64,000 nt of DNA from an uncultured bacterium (GTDB taxonomy: Bacteria; Oederibacteriota; JAAXVQ01; JAUVAV01): assembly GCA_963710755.1 (NCBI GenBank), contig CAVQBK010000003.1:672001-736000 (forward strand). Direction: 5' to 3'. Below are positions 1 through 9,419 of the stretch, piece by piece. Made by a program: the position numbers and the translations under genes. The first letter of the stretch is position 1. Every line of letters starts with the position of its first letter. The notes beneath the pieces are model-generated. The model saw nothing but the letters and a program-made list of their open reading frames with translations. It had not been told where the DNA came from and ran no database searches.

Positions 1-2
1 TC

Positions 3-656
3 TACCGAGCGGCCAAGGAAGTGGGGGGCGACTATTATGATTTCATCCATATCGACAAAGATCGTCTGGCCCTGACCGTGGCCGATGTTTGCGGCAAAGG
101 CATCCCCGCAGCCATGCTCATGAGCGTCACCCGCAGCAGCTTGAAAAGTTTTGTTTCCCTGGCCGCTTCGCCGGTAGCTGTGATCGGGGAACTAAACCGG
201 CTCTTGTTTAATGATCTGAGCCGGGCCATGTTCGTTACTTTGTTTTATGCGGTGATTGATCTCAAGAAAAAGCAGATGCTGTTTACATCGGCCGGGCACA
301 ATCCCGGTCTGATTTGGCGCGCTCAACAACAACAAGTGGAAATGCTGACGTTGGAGCCCACCTGTCTGCCCCTGGGAGTTGACAATAGCAATATTTTTAA
401 CCAGCTGTTGCAGGAGAAAAAAACAGCCCTGCATGCAGGGGATGTGATCTTGCTCTACACCGACGGGGTGACCGAGGCCATGAACATCGAGCAGCAGGAG
501 TTCGGCATAGAACGGCTGAAGGCCTCTTTGACGGCTTATGCCTCTTCCAAGGATGCCGATACTATTATCCGAGCCATCGACCAGGACAATAGGCAATTTT
601 GCGCCCAAGCTTACCAAAATGACGATATTGCCATGGTCGCAGTCAAAGTAGAATAG
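3..656 (+). CDS. PP2C/SpoIIE-family (RsbU-like) serine phosphatase, 5'-truncated by window edge
   Basis: Frame open from nt 3 (YRAAKEVGGDYYD); motifs VADVCGKG, SAGH, LYTDGVTEA, DDIAMV. Confidence 0.93.
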   Translation, partial: YRAAKEVGGDYYDFIHIDKDRLALTVADVCGKGIPAAMLMSVTRSSLKSFVSLAASPVAVIGELNRLLFNDLSRAMFVTLFYAVIDLKKKQMLFTSAGHNPGLIWRAQQQQVEMLTLEPTCLPLGVDNSNIFNQLLQEKKTALHAGDVILLYTDGVTEAMNIEQQEFGIERLKASLTAYASSKDADTIIRAIDQDNRQFCAQAYQNDDIAMVAVKVE

Positions 657-674
657 CATAGGGAGGCTTTTAAC

Positions 675-1049
675 ATGAGTATAAGGCGCGATGGAACCAT
701 TACCATTACAGTACGCCCCCTTGAGGACCAAGGGATCACCCTGGTGGATGTCATGGGGGTCATTGATACAGGGACTACCTTATTATTGGATGAAAAATTA
801 TCTAGTCTAATCCGGGACCAATATTATAAAATTGTGGTTAATTTGGCAGGCGTGACTTACGTCTCTTCAGCAGGATGGGGGCTCTTCATCAGTCTGCTCC
901 AAAAGACCAGAGACCATCGTGGCGACATCAAGCTCATTAACCTTACGCCGGAAGTGGCCAATGTATTTAATATGTTGGCTTTTTCCAATTTGATCTCATC
1001 TTATCCATCGGAAGAGGAAGCGCTTGAAGCCTTTCAAAACACCAATTAA
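675..1049 (+). CDS. STAS-domain anti-sigma factor antagonist
   Basis: VVNLAGVTYVSSAG phosphoserine motif; follows the PP2C gene; GGAGG RBS. Confidence 0.92.
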   Translation: MSIRRDGTITITVRPLEDQGITLVDVMGVIDTGTTLLLDEKLSSLIRDQYYKIVVNLAGVTYVSSAGWGLFISLLQKTRDHRGDIKLINLTPEVANVFNMLAFSNLISSYPSEEEALEAFQNTN

Positions 1050-1992
1050 TTATAAACTCTTGTTGGTCCTGACGGCAGTACTGCTGGTGAGCTGCGCTCA
1101 GGACCATCATCCCCTTATTCCCGCCTTGATCAACCGTTTTGACGTTCAAAAATATCCCCATAGCCTGAGCCTGGGCCCAAATAGCGAGCAGTTATTCGTG
1201 ACCTGTTTTGCTGATGATGTGGTCCAGGAGCTTGACTTGAAGACCGGGGAAGTGCGCCATACCTTCAAGGTGCTGGCCGGCCCGGGGGCGCTCATTGCTG
1301 ATCCTGAGCGCGGACGTCTCTATGTTTTGCATCATAAACAAAACGCTTTTGCCATCCTTAATGAGGATCCGGCGGCTTTGGTTAAGACCGCACAAACCGG
1401 CAGCTTTACCCTGGCCGGGGGTGCCGTCCGCCCCGGTGCGGATGAACTCTGGATCACCAATGGACAGAGTAAGATTCTGATCTTTACCCATCAGCTGGCC
1501 TTTAAACGGAGCATTACCTTGGGCCGCTATCCCCAAGCTATTGCGTTTACCCAGGACGGGCGCCAGGCCTTAATCACCCTGAAGGGTGAAAATGCGCTTT
1601 CTCTGGTCGATGCCAATGCCGGCCAGGAGATAGGCAGAGTAACTGTGGGTATTTATCCCCGCGACCTCTTGCTGGTGGGTAATAAAGCCTGCGTCTCCAA
1701 CTATGGTTCCAACGACATCTCGTTGGTGGACATTGTTAAGAAAAAAGAGTTGGCTCGTATCGCGGTGTATAAACGTCCCAATGCCATGGCCTATAAAAAT
1801 AACACCTTATGGGTGGCCTGTGAGAAGTCCTTCCGTGTAGTGGCATTGGATATCGGGAAAGCTCAGGTCATCGGGTCCATCCGCACTGGATTCTATCCCG
1901 GTGATCTGGTGGCCCGCCGGGACGGCACCTTGATTGTGGCCTCGCCCCGTGATAATAAAATCGCCATCATCACACCTCAGAACACGCATTGA
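1024..1992 (+). CDS. YVTN/YncE-type beta-propeller lipoprotein
   Basis: Lipobox LVSC; repeats such as VGIYPRDL, LGRYPQAI, VSNYGSNDISLVD. Confidence 0.8.
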   Translation: MKPFKTPINYKLLLVLTAVLLVSCAQDHHPLIPALINRFDVQKYPHSLSLGPNSEQLFVTCFADDVVQELDLKTGEVRHTFKVLAGPGALIADPERGRLYVLHHKQNAFAILNEDPAALVKTAQTGSFTLAGGAVRPGADELWITNGQSKILIFTHQLAFKRSITLGRYPQAIAFTQDGRQALITLKGENALSLVDANAGQEIGRVTVGIYPRDLLLVGNKACVSNYGSNDISLVDIVKKKELARIAVYKRPNAMAYKNNTLWVACEKSFRVVALDIGKAQVIGSIRTGFYPGDLVARRDGTLIVASPRDNKIAIITPQNTH

Positions 1993-2055
1993 TTTTTAAT
2001 AACTGCTCAGATCAAACCCGGACTTACCCGTGCATGAAAATCAATAAAGGCCCTT

Positions 2056-2304
2056 TCAATTAATTTCTTCAAGCCCGGAGTCGTTAGTTTCTGTTGCGGG
2101 AAAAATTATTTTCAGTGGTGAAGTCGTAATGCTTACGTTATCTAAATCCAGTGCCACAACGTAAAGGAAATTTTGCAGGTACGGTAGGCCGTGCCCCTGC
2201 ACGCACAGGTTTGCATATACTGTTTTTCCACAACAAGAACAAGCTGCAATTTTTATTGAAATAAAAATCCCCCCTTTGGGTCTAATCCTATAATATCTGT
2301 CCAA
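2056..2304 (-). CDS. small Cys-containing hypothetical protein
   Basis: Fills an otherwise empty gap; CSCCGK...C...H cluster; weak TTG start. Confidence 0.35.
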   Translation of the reverse strand: MDRYYRIRPKGGIFISIKIAACSCCGKTVYANLCVQGHGLPYLQNFLYVVALDLDNVSITTSPLKIIFPATETNDSGLEEIN

Positions 2305-2315
2305 GGATTAGTTCA

Positions 2316-4631
2316 TTGCACCCACCCCTTTATATTGACCGACCGCTATTGTTCCTGGTACCGCCGGCTGTGACCGGCTGTTTGCTGGGGTCCTGCTGGA
2401 CTGGGCCGACCTGGCTTAGCTTGGCGTGGGTCATGATCTTGTTCCTGCTGCTGATAGTGCGACGACGGGGTGTCTTGGCTAACACCTGGCTGCTCGCCTT
2501 GCTGGTAATGGGGCTGTTCCTAACCGTGGCTGGTCAGGCTCATACATCTTCCCTCATGGAGTTAACCGACAAACTGGACCGTCACAGCGTGATCATCACA
2601 GGGCGAATACAAAGTCTTGCCCATCCCCTGTCTTCAGGGCGGGGATGGGATTGGGTGCTGCAAACCAAGGTCGTGGAATGTCAAGGCCAGAGCTGGCGTA
2701 TGGCTAAAAAAGTTAAACTGGTGGCCTTTGGTCCCGGCAAACCTGCTTTGGTCCTGGGGACTCGGGTAAGGCTCAAGGGTTTGTTCACCAGTTATGAAGG
2801 CCCGCACAATCCGGGAGAGTTTAATTTTGCCCGTTTACAACTGCAAAAGGGGATCATTGGTCAGGTCATGGTTAATGATCCTGCCTTGGTCTCCATTCAG
2901 CATCAACCTGGGTCCTGGCAATGGACTACTTGGATCAGTCGAGGGCATGCCTATATCCTCACCACGCTGAACCATTACTGCCCTGCGCCGATGCGGCCCT
3001 GGTTGCAGGCTTTGCTGTTGGGTGACCGGCGTATGCTTGCGCCTTTGGACCAGCAGATCATGGCCATCAGCGGTTTGGCCCATGTTCTGGCTATTTCGGG
3101 TCTGCATATGGGCATTATCTTTGCCGCAGTGGTCATGGGACTGGGGTTATTGGGGCTGCCGCCGGGATGGCGGTTTATCCTGGCCCTGGTCATGGTGATG
3201 GGGTTCACGCTTATGATAGGTACCCCCTTCTCCGCTGTACGGGCAGTGATCATGCTGGGATGCGGCATGTTGCTGTGGGTGCAACTGGGGCCCAAGGATG
3301 GCTGGTCAGCCTGGGCGCTGGCCTTGTTGCTTGTCCTCGCCTCGCATCCCTTGGCTGTTCTCAATGCCGGTCTGCAGTTGTCCTTTGCCGCCACGGCGGC
3401 CATTTTGGTGGTATGGCCAAGATTGCCGAAGATAGCAAAACCCTGGCTACGCTGGCCGGCCCACCTGCTCATCATTTCTGTTGTTATTTTCTGCTTCACT
3501 TCCGGCTTGATGATGATGCATTTTAATTTGCTTGCACCCGTGGCCGTGGTTGGCAATCTGGTGATTATACCTTTACTTACGGTAGCGTTGCTAACCGGCT
3601 TAGCCATGGTGCTGTTGGGCGGTTTATGGCCCGCCATGGCAGGCCTGCTGGGACAAAGTTCAGGTTTGGCTCTGACCGGGATCAGCGCGGTGGCCAAAGT
3701 AAGCACCATGGTTCCTTATAGTTATGGGTATGGTTCCACGCCCCCGGCAGGTCTGGTGTTAACCGGTTACGGCCTGATCTTGATTTTTATAGTATACAGG
3801 CTTAAACCCATCTTTAAGATCACCCTGTTGGGAGGGTGGTGCGCGGGTTGTTTGGTCCTGGCCTGCTGGCCTCAGTCTCAGCCGCAGGTGAGGATCACTG
3901 CCCTGGCGCTGCAACGCGGCGAAGCTGTGGTGATTGAACATGATCACCGTGTCCTGCTGGTGGATTGCGGTACCCAAAAAGATTTTCTTTATCAGGTTTA
4001 TCCTTTTTTGAAGCAGCGTGGCATCAACCGCATTGAAGCGCTGCTGCTCTCCCATCAAGATCAGGACCACAGTGGCGGTGCTAAGGCCTGTCTGCAGCTT
4101 TTCCACGTCGCTCATTGCCTGACGGCCGGGAACTGGATACAGCAGCAGCCCGAGCTCATGACACTTATGGCTAAAAAACATACCCGTCTGCACGTGATGG
4201 TCAGGCCCGCTACTTGGTCCCTGGCGCCGGACTGGAAACTGCGGTGTTTATGGCCACCTCCCGGCGCGTCACGTTCCAGCAATCTTACCTGCCTGGTGGT
4301 AGACATGACCTTGGCAGGGGAGCATCTTCTTTTTACCGGTGACAGTTTACGAGAGGTGGAAGCGTGTTGGCAACAGGTGCCGTCTTGCTTGCTGCTCAAG
4401 GCCGGCCATCATGGAGATGATCAGGCCACCAGCCACGGCCTGCTGGTCAGGACCAGGCCGCAGCTGGTTTTAGTTTGTGCCGGTACGCGCAATCCCTATG
4501 GCCTGCCTGATGAGGCCACCCTAATGCGTATCCAAAAACACCAAGCCGTGTTGCTTGACAGCAAGACCCATGGAGCGGTGGAAGTGAGCTGGGACCAAGG
4601 GCATAACCCGCATTGGCGGTTTTGGCAATAG
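2316..4631 (+). CDS. comEC: DNA-uptake competence channel ComEC/Rec2
   Basis: NPGEFNF, GLAHVLAISGLH competence motif, QLSFAAT, C-terminal metallo-beta-lactamase SHQDQDHSGG, KAGHHG, NPYGLP. Confidence 0.95.
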   Translation: MHPPLYIDRPLLFLVPPAVTGCLLGSCWTGPTWLSLAWVMILFLLLIVRRRGVLANTWLLALLVMGLFLTVAGQAHTSSLMELTDKLDRHSVIITGRIQSLAHPLSSGRGWDWVLQTKVVECQGQSWRMAKKVKLVAFGPGKPALVLGTRVRLKGLFTSYEGPHNPGEFNFARLQLQKGIIGQVMVNDPALVSIQHQPGSWQWTTWISRGHAYILTTLNHYCPAPMRPWLQALLLGDRRMLAPLDQQIMAISGLAHVLAISGLHMGIIFAAVVMGLGLLGLPPGWRFILALVMVMGFTLMIGTPFSAVRAVIMLGCGMLLWVQLGPKDGWSAWALALLLVLASHPLAVLNAGLQLSFAATAAILVVWPRLPKIAKPWLRWPAHLLIISVVIFCFTSGLMMMHFNLLAPVAVVGNLVIIPLLTVALLTGLAMVLLGGLWPAMAGLLGQSSGLALTGISAVAKVSTMVPYSYGYGSTPPAGLVLTGYGLILIFIVYRLKPIFKITLLGGWCAGCLVLACWPQSQPQVRITALALQRGEAVVIEHDHRVLLVDCGTQKDFLYQVYPFLKQRGINRIEALLLSHQDQDHSGGAKACLQLFHVAHCLTAGNWIQQQPELMTLMAKKHTRLHVMVRPATWSLAPDWKLRCLWPPPGASRSSNLTCLVVDMTLAGEHLLFTGDSLREVEACWQQVPSCLLLKAGHHGDDQATSHGLLVRTRPQLVLVCAGTRNPYGLPDEATLMRIQKHQAVLLDSKTHGAVEVSWDQGHNPHWRFWQ

Positions 4632-4672
4632 GCTTGATTGGCGCCAGCCGGATAATCTGATAAAATGCGGTC

Positions 4673-5035
4673 ATGCTTACAGTCATCAACACCACCCGTC
4701 ATCAGCAGTTGGTTTCCTGCATTAAACCAGCCTGGCATTTTTGGGCGCGCCTGCAAGGCTGTTTTAGTCTGGCTTGGGGCCAGCCATGGCAGGGTATCCA
4801 TTTGCAACCATGCCGCAGTATTCATACGCTGGCCATGAGCAGGTCTTTGGATGTGGTATTTGTCGATCAGGACGGCTACGTTTTAAAATGGAAAACCGTA
4901 AAGCCATGGCGTCTCTATTTTGGCGGCGCGAAAGCGTGGGCAGCCTTGGAGCTTCCGGCAGGTACTTGTCAGGCTAAGCAGATAGGGACAGGTGACCGAT
5001 TAATTTTTATGGAGCAAGCGGGCCGGGCATCATGA
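4673..5035 (+). CDS. DUF192 family protein
   Basis: PCRSIHTLAM-SLDVVFVD and ALELPAG motifs. Confidence 0.85.
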   Translation: MLTVINTTRHQQLVSCIKPAWHFWARLQGCFSLAWGQPWQGIHLQPCRSIHTLAMSRSLDVVFVDQDGYVLKWKTVKPWRLYFGGAKAWAALELPAGTCQAKQIGTGDRLIFMEQAGRAS

Positions 5036-5069
5036 AGACCGGCTGCTCCCGGAGAGGAAAGGAAAGACC

Positions 5070-6395
5070 ATGACGAAACTGCACTGCTTGCTTATTCTTC
5101 TGGCTGCCGGCCCGGTGATATTGTCCGGTTGTCACCGTCAAGACCTGGAACCAATAGCACAAAGGATGGAACCAGCCTGGGAGAAAACCGTCAAACGTCA
5201 CGAAGCGTTGGGGGATGAGTATTACCAAGAGCAGCGCTACGCCGAGGCTCGGCAGGAATGGGCCCTGGTTTTGCAGCTGCAACCGGACAATAAAAGAGTC
5301 CGACAAAAAATCAGTTCCCTTACTTCTTCGGGGAAGCCAGGCGACCAGCCTGGCCGAATGGCGGTTGGTACCACCAAGGGGTTGAACCATCTGGAAAGAC
5401 TTCTGTTCCAGGCCGAACAGTTTTATCAGCACAGCCAATTGAAAGAAGCTGAGATTAGTTGGCAAAGCGTGCTTACTATGGCTCCGCAAAATGCCGATGC
5501 TAAAACAGGGCTGAGCCGATTAAAAGAAGAAGTTTATCAAGCGGATGCGCAGCGTCCCTTTGATAAAATGGCGGCTGCCTTATATGAAGAAGGTATGGAG
5601 GCCTACCGGCAAAAAGATTGGGCGCGTGCTCAGATTAAATTAAGAGAAGCGGAAAAACTTGTCATTAACCAGCCCCAGATTAACCATTATCTGGAGAGGG
5701 TGAATCAGGTGCTGGCCCGGCAGGCCTTTGAACAAGAAATGTTGGCCCTGCGTCAGCAGGCACAGGCTTTGGAGGCCAAGCAGTCCTGGCGGGAGGCCTT
5801 TTTGGTTTGGCAACAGGTGCAGGAAAAATTGCCTGATGACCAAGGTTGCAGCCAAGGGCTGGCCAGATGTCGCGCAGCCTTGCAACCATGGGTGGAAGAG
5901 CAGCTTCACCAAGGCCAGGCGGCTCTTGCGGATAGGGATAATTCCCGGGCCCGCCGGTATTTTAACCGGATCTTAAGCTTTTTTCCCAGGCAACTGGAAG
6001 CCCGGCAGGGCCTGATTCAGGCCGATGCCCTGCGGCCAAAAGAACCGGAGCAGCCTTCCGGCCGTGAGCAGGCTCGGGTTAAATTCAACCAAGGCGTGAC
6101 CTGTTATCGCCAGGGGCATTACCACCAGGCTGTTTCCCTTTGGGAAGCCGCAGTGCGGCTCGATCCGGATGAGGCCAATTACCAGAGTTGGTTAAAAAAA
6201 GGCCGGGATCGCGCCGTCCGGCAACAAGCGCAGCAGATCCGACAAGCCGATGTGCGCTATGCCGATGGATTGGCGGCGTACCAGAGAGGGGAACTGGAAG
6301 AGGCTTTGAAAGATTGGAAAGAAGTACTCAGCCTTAATCCAGAACACGAGAAAGCTAAAATTAACATCAACCGGGTGCAAAAGGAATTGGAATAG
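5070..6395 (+). CDS. TPR-repeat lipoprotein
   Basis: Lipobox LSGC; many spaced TPR units (e.g. YADGLAAYQRGELEEALKDWKEVLSLNPEH). Confidence 0.85.
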   Translation: MTKLHCLLILLAAGPVILSGCHRQDLEPIAQRMEPAWEKTVKRHEALGDEYYQEQRYAEARQEWALVLQLQPDNKRVRQKISSLTSSGKPGDQPGRMAVGTTKGLNHLERLLFQAEQFYQHSQLKEAEISWQSVLTMAPQNADAKTGLSRLKEEVYQADAQRPFDKMAAALYEEGMEAYRQKDWARAQIKLREAEKLVINQPQINHYLERVNQVLARQAFEQEMLALRQQAQALEAKQSWREAFLVWQQVQEKLPDDQGCSQGLARCRAALQPWVEEQLHQGQAALADRDNSRARRYFNRILSFFPRQLEARQGLIQADALRPKEPEQPSGREQARVKFNQGVTCYRQGHYHQAVSLWEAAVRLDPDEANYQSWLKKGRDRAVRQQAQQIRQADVRYADGLAAYQRGELEEALKDWKEVLSLNPEHEKAKININRVQKELE

Positions 6396-6464
6396 TTGGC
6401 CGCACCGCCGGCTGCGGTTGCTGTAAGTTCATGGAATATCACTGACCGATAGCAGGAGTATACA

Positions 6465-8891
6465 TTGGCTAATCCACAAATCCTAAGTGAACGTCAAGAT
6501 CCTTTCTTCTATGAGTTCAAACTCTCGGAAGTTAATTATGGCGGCAAGATGCGCTTTCAACAGGCAGCCTTTCCTCCCGCGTCATCGGGCAGCTCCGATC
6601 TGGAATATCTTGTTTATAAGGCTATCGATCGGGTGGGCCGTCTGCTGGACGAAAAATCCAAGGGCCAACTTCAATCCTTAAGTGCGGGACAGCCGGCGCT
6701 AAAAGCTATTTATCTGGATTTGTGGGCTGCCGTACCTCAAGTGGGGTTTGACGCTTTTCTGCAATGGGTGGAGGAAGACGTTCGGCCGATTGTTAATGTT
6801 TACCGCGAAATTAAAAAAAACGCCATTGCTCATGAAAAAGATTTAAGAGTTAAGCGCTTGCATTATTTTGTAACCTTAAGCATGGTAACCCTGATGGCGG
6901 AAATGATCACAGAGTATTTTGAGAAACACATTGACCGTCTGGGGCGTTTGGCTCTTTCCGTGCGCTGGGCCATAGGCCGGGTCTTAAGCTTACTGCTGCT
7001 GGCTGCGGAGGATGATCCGGCCATGAAAAAAGTTCAGGCTGAGGCCGGCTTGGAACCGGATCATGCCATCAGGCGGATGCTCAATCCCTTTATCCTGGCT
7101 TTTGCCGACGCGGCGGATGCAGGGCTAATGGATGAAATCATGCTGGGCCCCAATCCCTACCGGGTACCCCTGAGCCTGAGAAAAAAAATCACCCTCCTTT
7201 ACCGGCAGACTCTTGCAAAAAATAAAACGTTTACTTTCTCCAACCTCAACCGGATACTCTCCGAACCCGGCAATTATTTTAAATTGATGCAGGACCAAAG
7301 CATCAAAAGGAAAATCCTGCAGGTTTTCCGAAAAGACCGGGCATTGCGCACCGAGTTGGTGTTGGAAAATGCCAAATGGCGGTTGCAAGATCAGCTACGC
7401 CGGGTTTTGGATCAAACGACGCCCACACCGGAATTGATGCTTTACACCAATAATGAGAAACGGCTGTTAGGACTGCTCACTAAAAAAGGCGTACGCAAAC
7501 AATTTTGGAAGCATGTCAAATCCAGGTCCGGTACCTGGCAACAGGACTTGAAACGCCACCTGGACCATGGGGTGGATATGATTAAAAAGAGCAGACACCG
7601 CTGGTTAGGTCGTCTGGACCGGCATGTTTTATTGGTGGAGATTACAGCTTTGCAAGAACGCCTGACATTGTGCTTGAGTCTGATGGAGGATTTTAAATTA
7701 CTGCGCAGCCATTACGGACGCGACAGCAATCAGGGTACCCATTGGCAAGGCCTGAAACTTTGGCGTGGGTACGAAATGGTTTTTAACAAACGTTCGGTCA
7801 GTGATCATGACCGGTTTGAATTGAAACAGGTATGGGAAAAGAAACGCGTAGATGTTGAAAATAGTTTTGCCGAGGGCAATATGTATTTAATCCGTTCTCT
7901 CGGCGAGGTTTATATCAATGGCCTGGGACGGCGCAATACGGTGATTTTCATGTTTGCTGATCTCAGAAATTCTACAGAAACCACCATGAAGTTAACCAAG
8001 GATACAGCTTCTTATCTTACCCCCTATCTGTCGGCTGTCAACACTTCTTCCCAACAGTGCCGGGGCCATCGGATTTATTTTGCCGGGGATGGGTTTGCCG
8101 CCCATTTCGACCGTATCAGTGACGCCCTGCGAGCGGCCTATTTAATCAATGGCCGTTTTGCAAAACTAAAAAAAGCCTCCGCAGAAGAGACCATCAAAAA
8201 GGCTAAGGAGATCTATCAGCATGCTATAACCCTGGTTCCCACACTGATGGAGCCGGAAAAAATACGGCCGGTTTTGCAAGATGAAGCCCTGGCCCAGGTT
8301 CCGGCGGTGCGCGAGTTTTTAATAGAACTGGCTCACCAGGAGAGCAAACGGATCGATGAAACGATTCTGAAAAAAATATTGGCGCGGGCGGCGGAAGCTT
8401 ACTCCATGCCCAGAATTGATGCGGGTATTGCCTTTACCATGGGGGAATTGTTTAACGCCATGGTAGGTGCGGAAGGTGAGGAAAAAATACCTATTGTTAT
8501 TTCACCTCAGTTAACTCAGGCCGCGCGCTTGTCCGGATCCTCGGAAGTCGTTAAGGCCCATATTGAAAATCATTTCCCTCAGCCCTTTGCGTACAATGTG
8601 TATACGTGGGATAAAAAATTGTACAATCGCGGCATTGTGATGACCAAAGCGGTTTTTGAAGATTTGAAACAAGAGGTGGGTGTTTTTCCTCTGGAGGGCA
8701 CCAAAGCTCCGTTTGATCAGGAAAAACTTTTCTATTATGATGACAATATTCTGAAGAGACGCATCGTGCTGCGGTTATGCAAGGAACCGGTGCTGCTCAA
8801 AGGTATTGACAAGCCCTGCAGTGTGGTGGAGGTGGCCCCTCCGGGATCCGTAATGGATAAATTATTTGGTGCCTTGGAACAGTTGGTCTGA
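6465..8891 (+). CDS. large protein with an atypical class III nucleotide cyclase domain
   Basis: IFMFADLRNST, YFAGDGF, AGIAFTMGE, QAARLSG in the C-terminal half; CAGGAG RBS before TTG start. Confidence 0.75.
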   Translation: MANPQILSERQDPFFYEFKLSEVNYGGKMRFQQAAFPPASSGSSDLEYLVYKAIDRVGRLLDEKSKGQLQSLSAGQPALKAIYLDLWAAVPQVGFDAFLQWVEEDVRPIVNVYREIKKNAIAHEKDLRVKRLHYFVTLSMVTLMAEMITEYFEKHIDRLGRLALSVRWAIGRVLSLLLLAAEDDPAMKKVQAEAGLEPDHAIRRMLNPFILAFADAADAGLMDEIMLGPNPYRVPLSLRKKITLLYRQTLAKNKTFTFSNLNRILSEPGNYFKLMQDQSIKRKILQVFRKDRALRTELVLENAKWRLQDQLRRVLDQTTPTPELMLYTNNEKRLLGLLTKKGVRKQFWKHVKSRSGTWQQDLKRHLDHGVDMIKKSRHRWLGRLDRHVLLVEITALQERLTLCLSLMEDFKLLRSHYGRDSNQGTHWQGLKLWRGYEMVFNKRSVSDHDRFELKQVWEKKRVDVENSFAEGNMYLIRSLGEVYINGLGRRNTVIFMFADLRNSTETTMKLTKDTASYLTPYLSAVNTSSQQCRGHRIYFAGDGFAAHFDRISDALRAAYLINGRFAKLKKASAEETIKKAKEIYQHAITLVPTLMEPEKIRPVLQDEALAQVPAVREFLIELAHQESKRIDETILKKILARAAEAYSMPRIDAGIAFTMGELFNAMVGAEGEEKIPIVISPQLTQAARLSGSSEVVKAHIENHFPQPFAYNVYTWDKKLYNRGIVMTKAVFEDLKQEVGVFPLEGTKAPFDQEKLFYYDDNILKRRIVLRLCKEPVLLKGIDKPCSVVEVAPPGSVMDKLFGALEQLV

Positions 8892-8914
8892 TTTGTTGCT
8901 CTCCATCAGGACGG

Positions 8915-9226
8915 CTAATTTATCGAAAACGACGAATTGGCTGTGCGCCGGTCATAAACCTTCATGACAAAATGGTGGAAATTTTTCCACTCGCTGAAAT
9001 CATACCATCCTTTGAAGTGGGTAAAATTTCTTTCTTTTAAGGCTTTGGAAAGCATGGCCAGGTTCTCAAAAATGTCCGGTCTTTGAATTTCATAGGCAGC
9101 AACAGCCTCCTGGATTTGTTGGCGCTGCTCACACTGGATATCGGGAAATTCCGTTTTATCTTCCACCAAGGCTTTGGACCCTAAAAACAGGACCATTAAT
9201 TGTTTTGTGGTATAATGATCAAGCAT
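8915..9226 (-). CDS. hypothetical protein
   Basis: ATG with purine-rich RBS (GGGGATAGG); own promoter-like element upstream. Confidence 0.6.
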   Translation of the reverse strand: MLDHYTTKQLMVLFLGSKALVEDKTEFPDIQCEQRQQIQEAVAAYEIQRPDIFENLAMLSKALKERNFTHFKGWYDFSEWKNFHHFVMKVYDRRTANSSFSIN

Positions 9227-9365
9227 ACCTATCCCCCAGATTATTTATTTATTCATGATTGTGATGGTCTTACGATTAACCTAAAGGTCTTAATATGTCC
9301 TTGTGAATTCCTGCATGTCACTGCGGGTCATGTTATTTAATACTACATGTTGTAATAATTGAAGT

Positions 9366-9394
9366 ATTAAAATACAATATATAGTCAATGTCAA
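9366..9394 (-). promoter_or_regulatory. putative sigma70 promoter for the 9226 ORF
   Basis: Minus strand TTGACA-17nt-TTTAAT in an AT-rich spacer. Confidence 0.5.
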
Positions 9395-9419
9395 GACCTA
9401 TCCTGACGGGGGAGGAACG

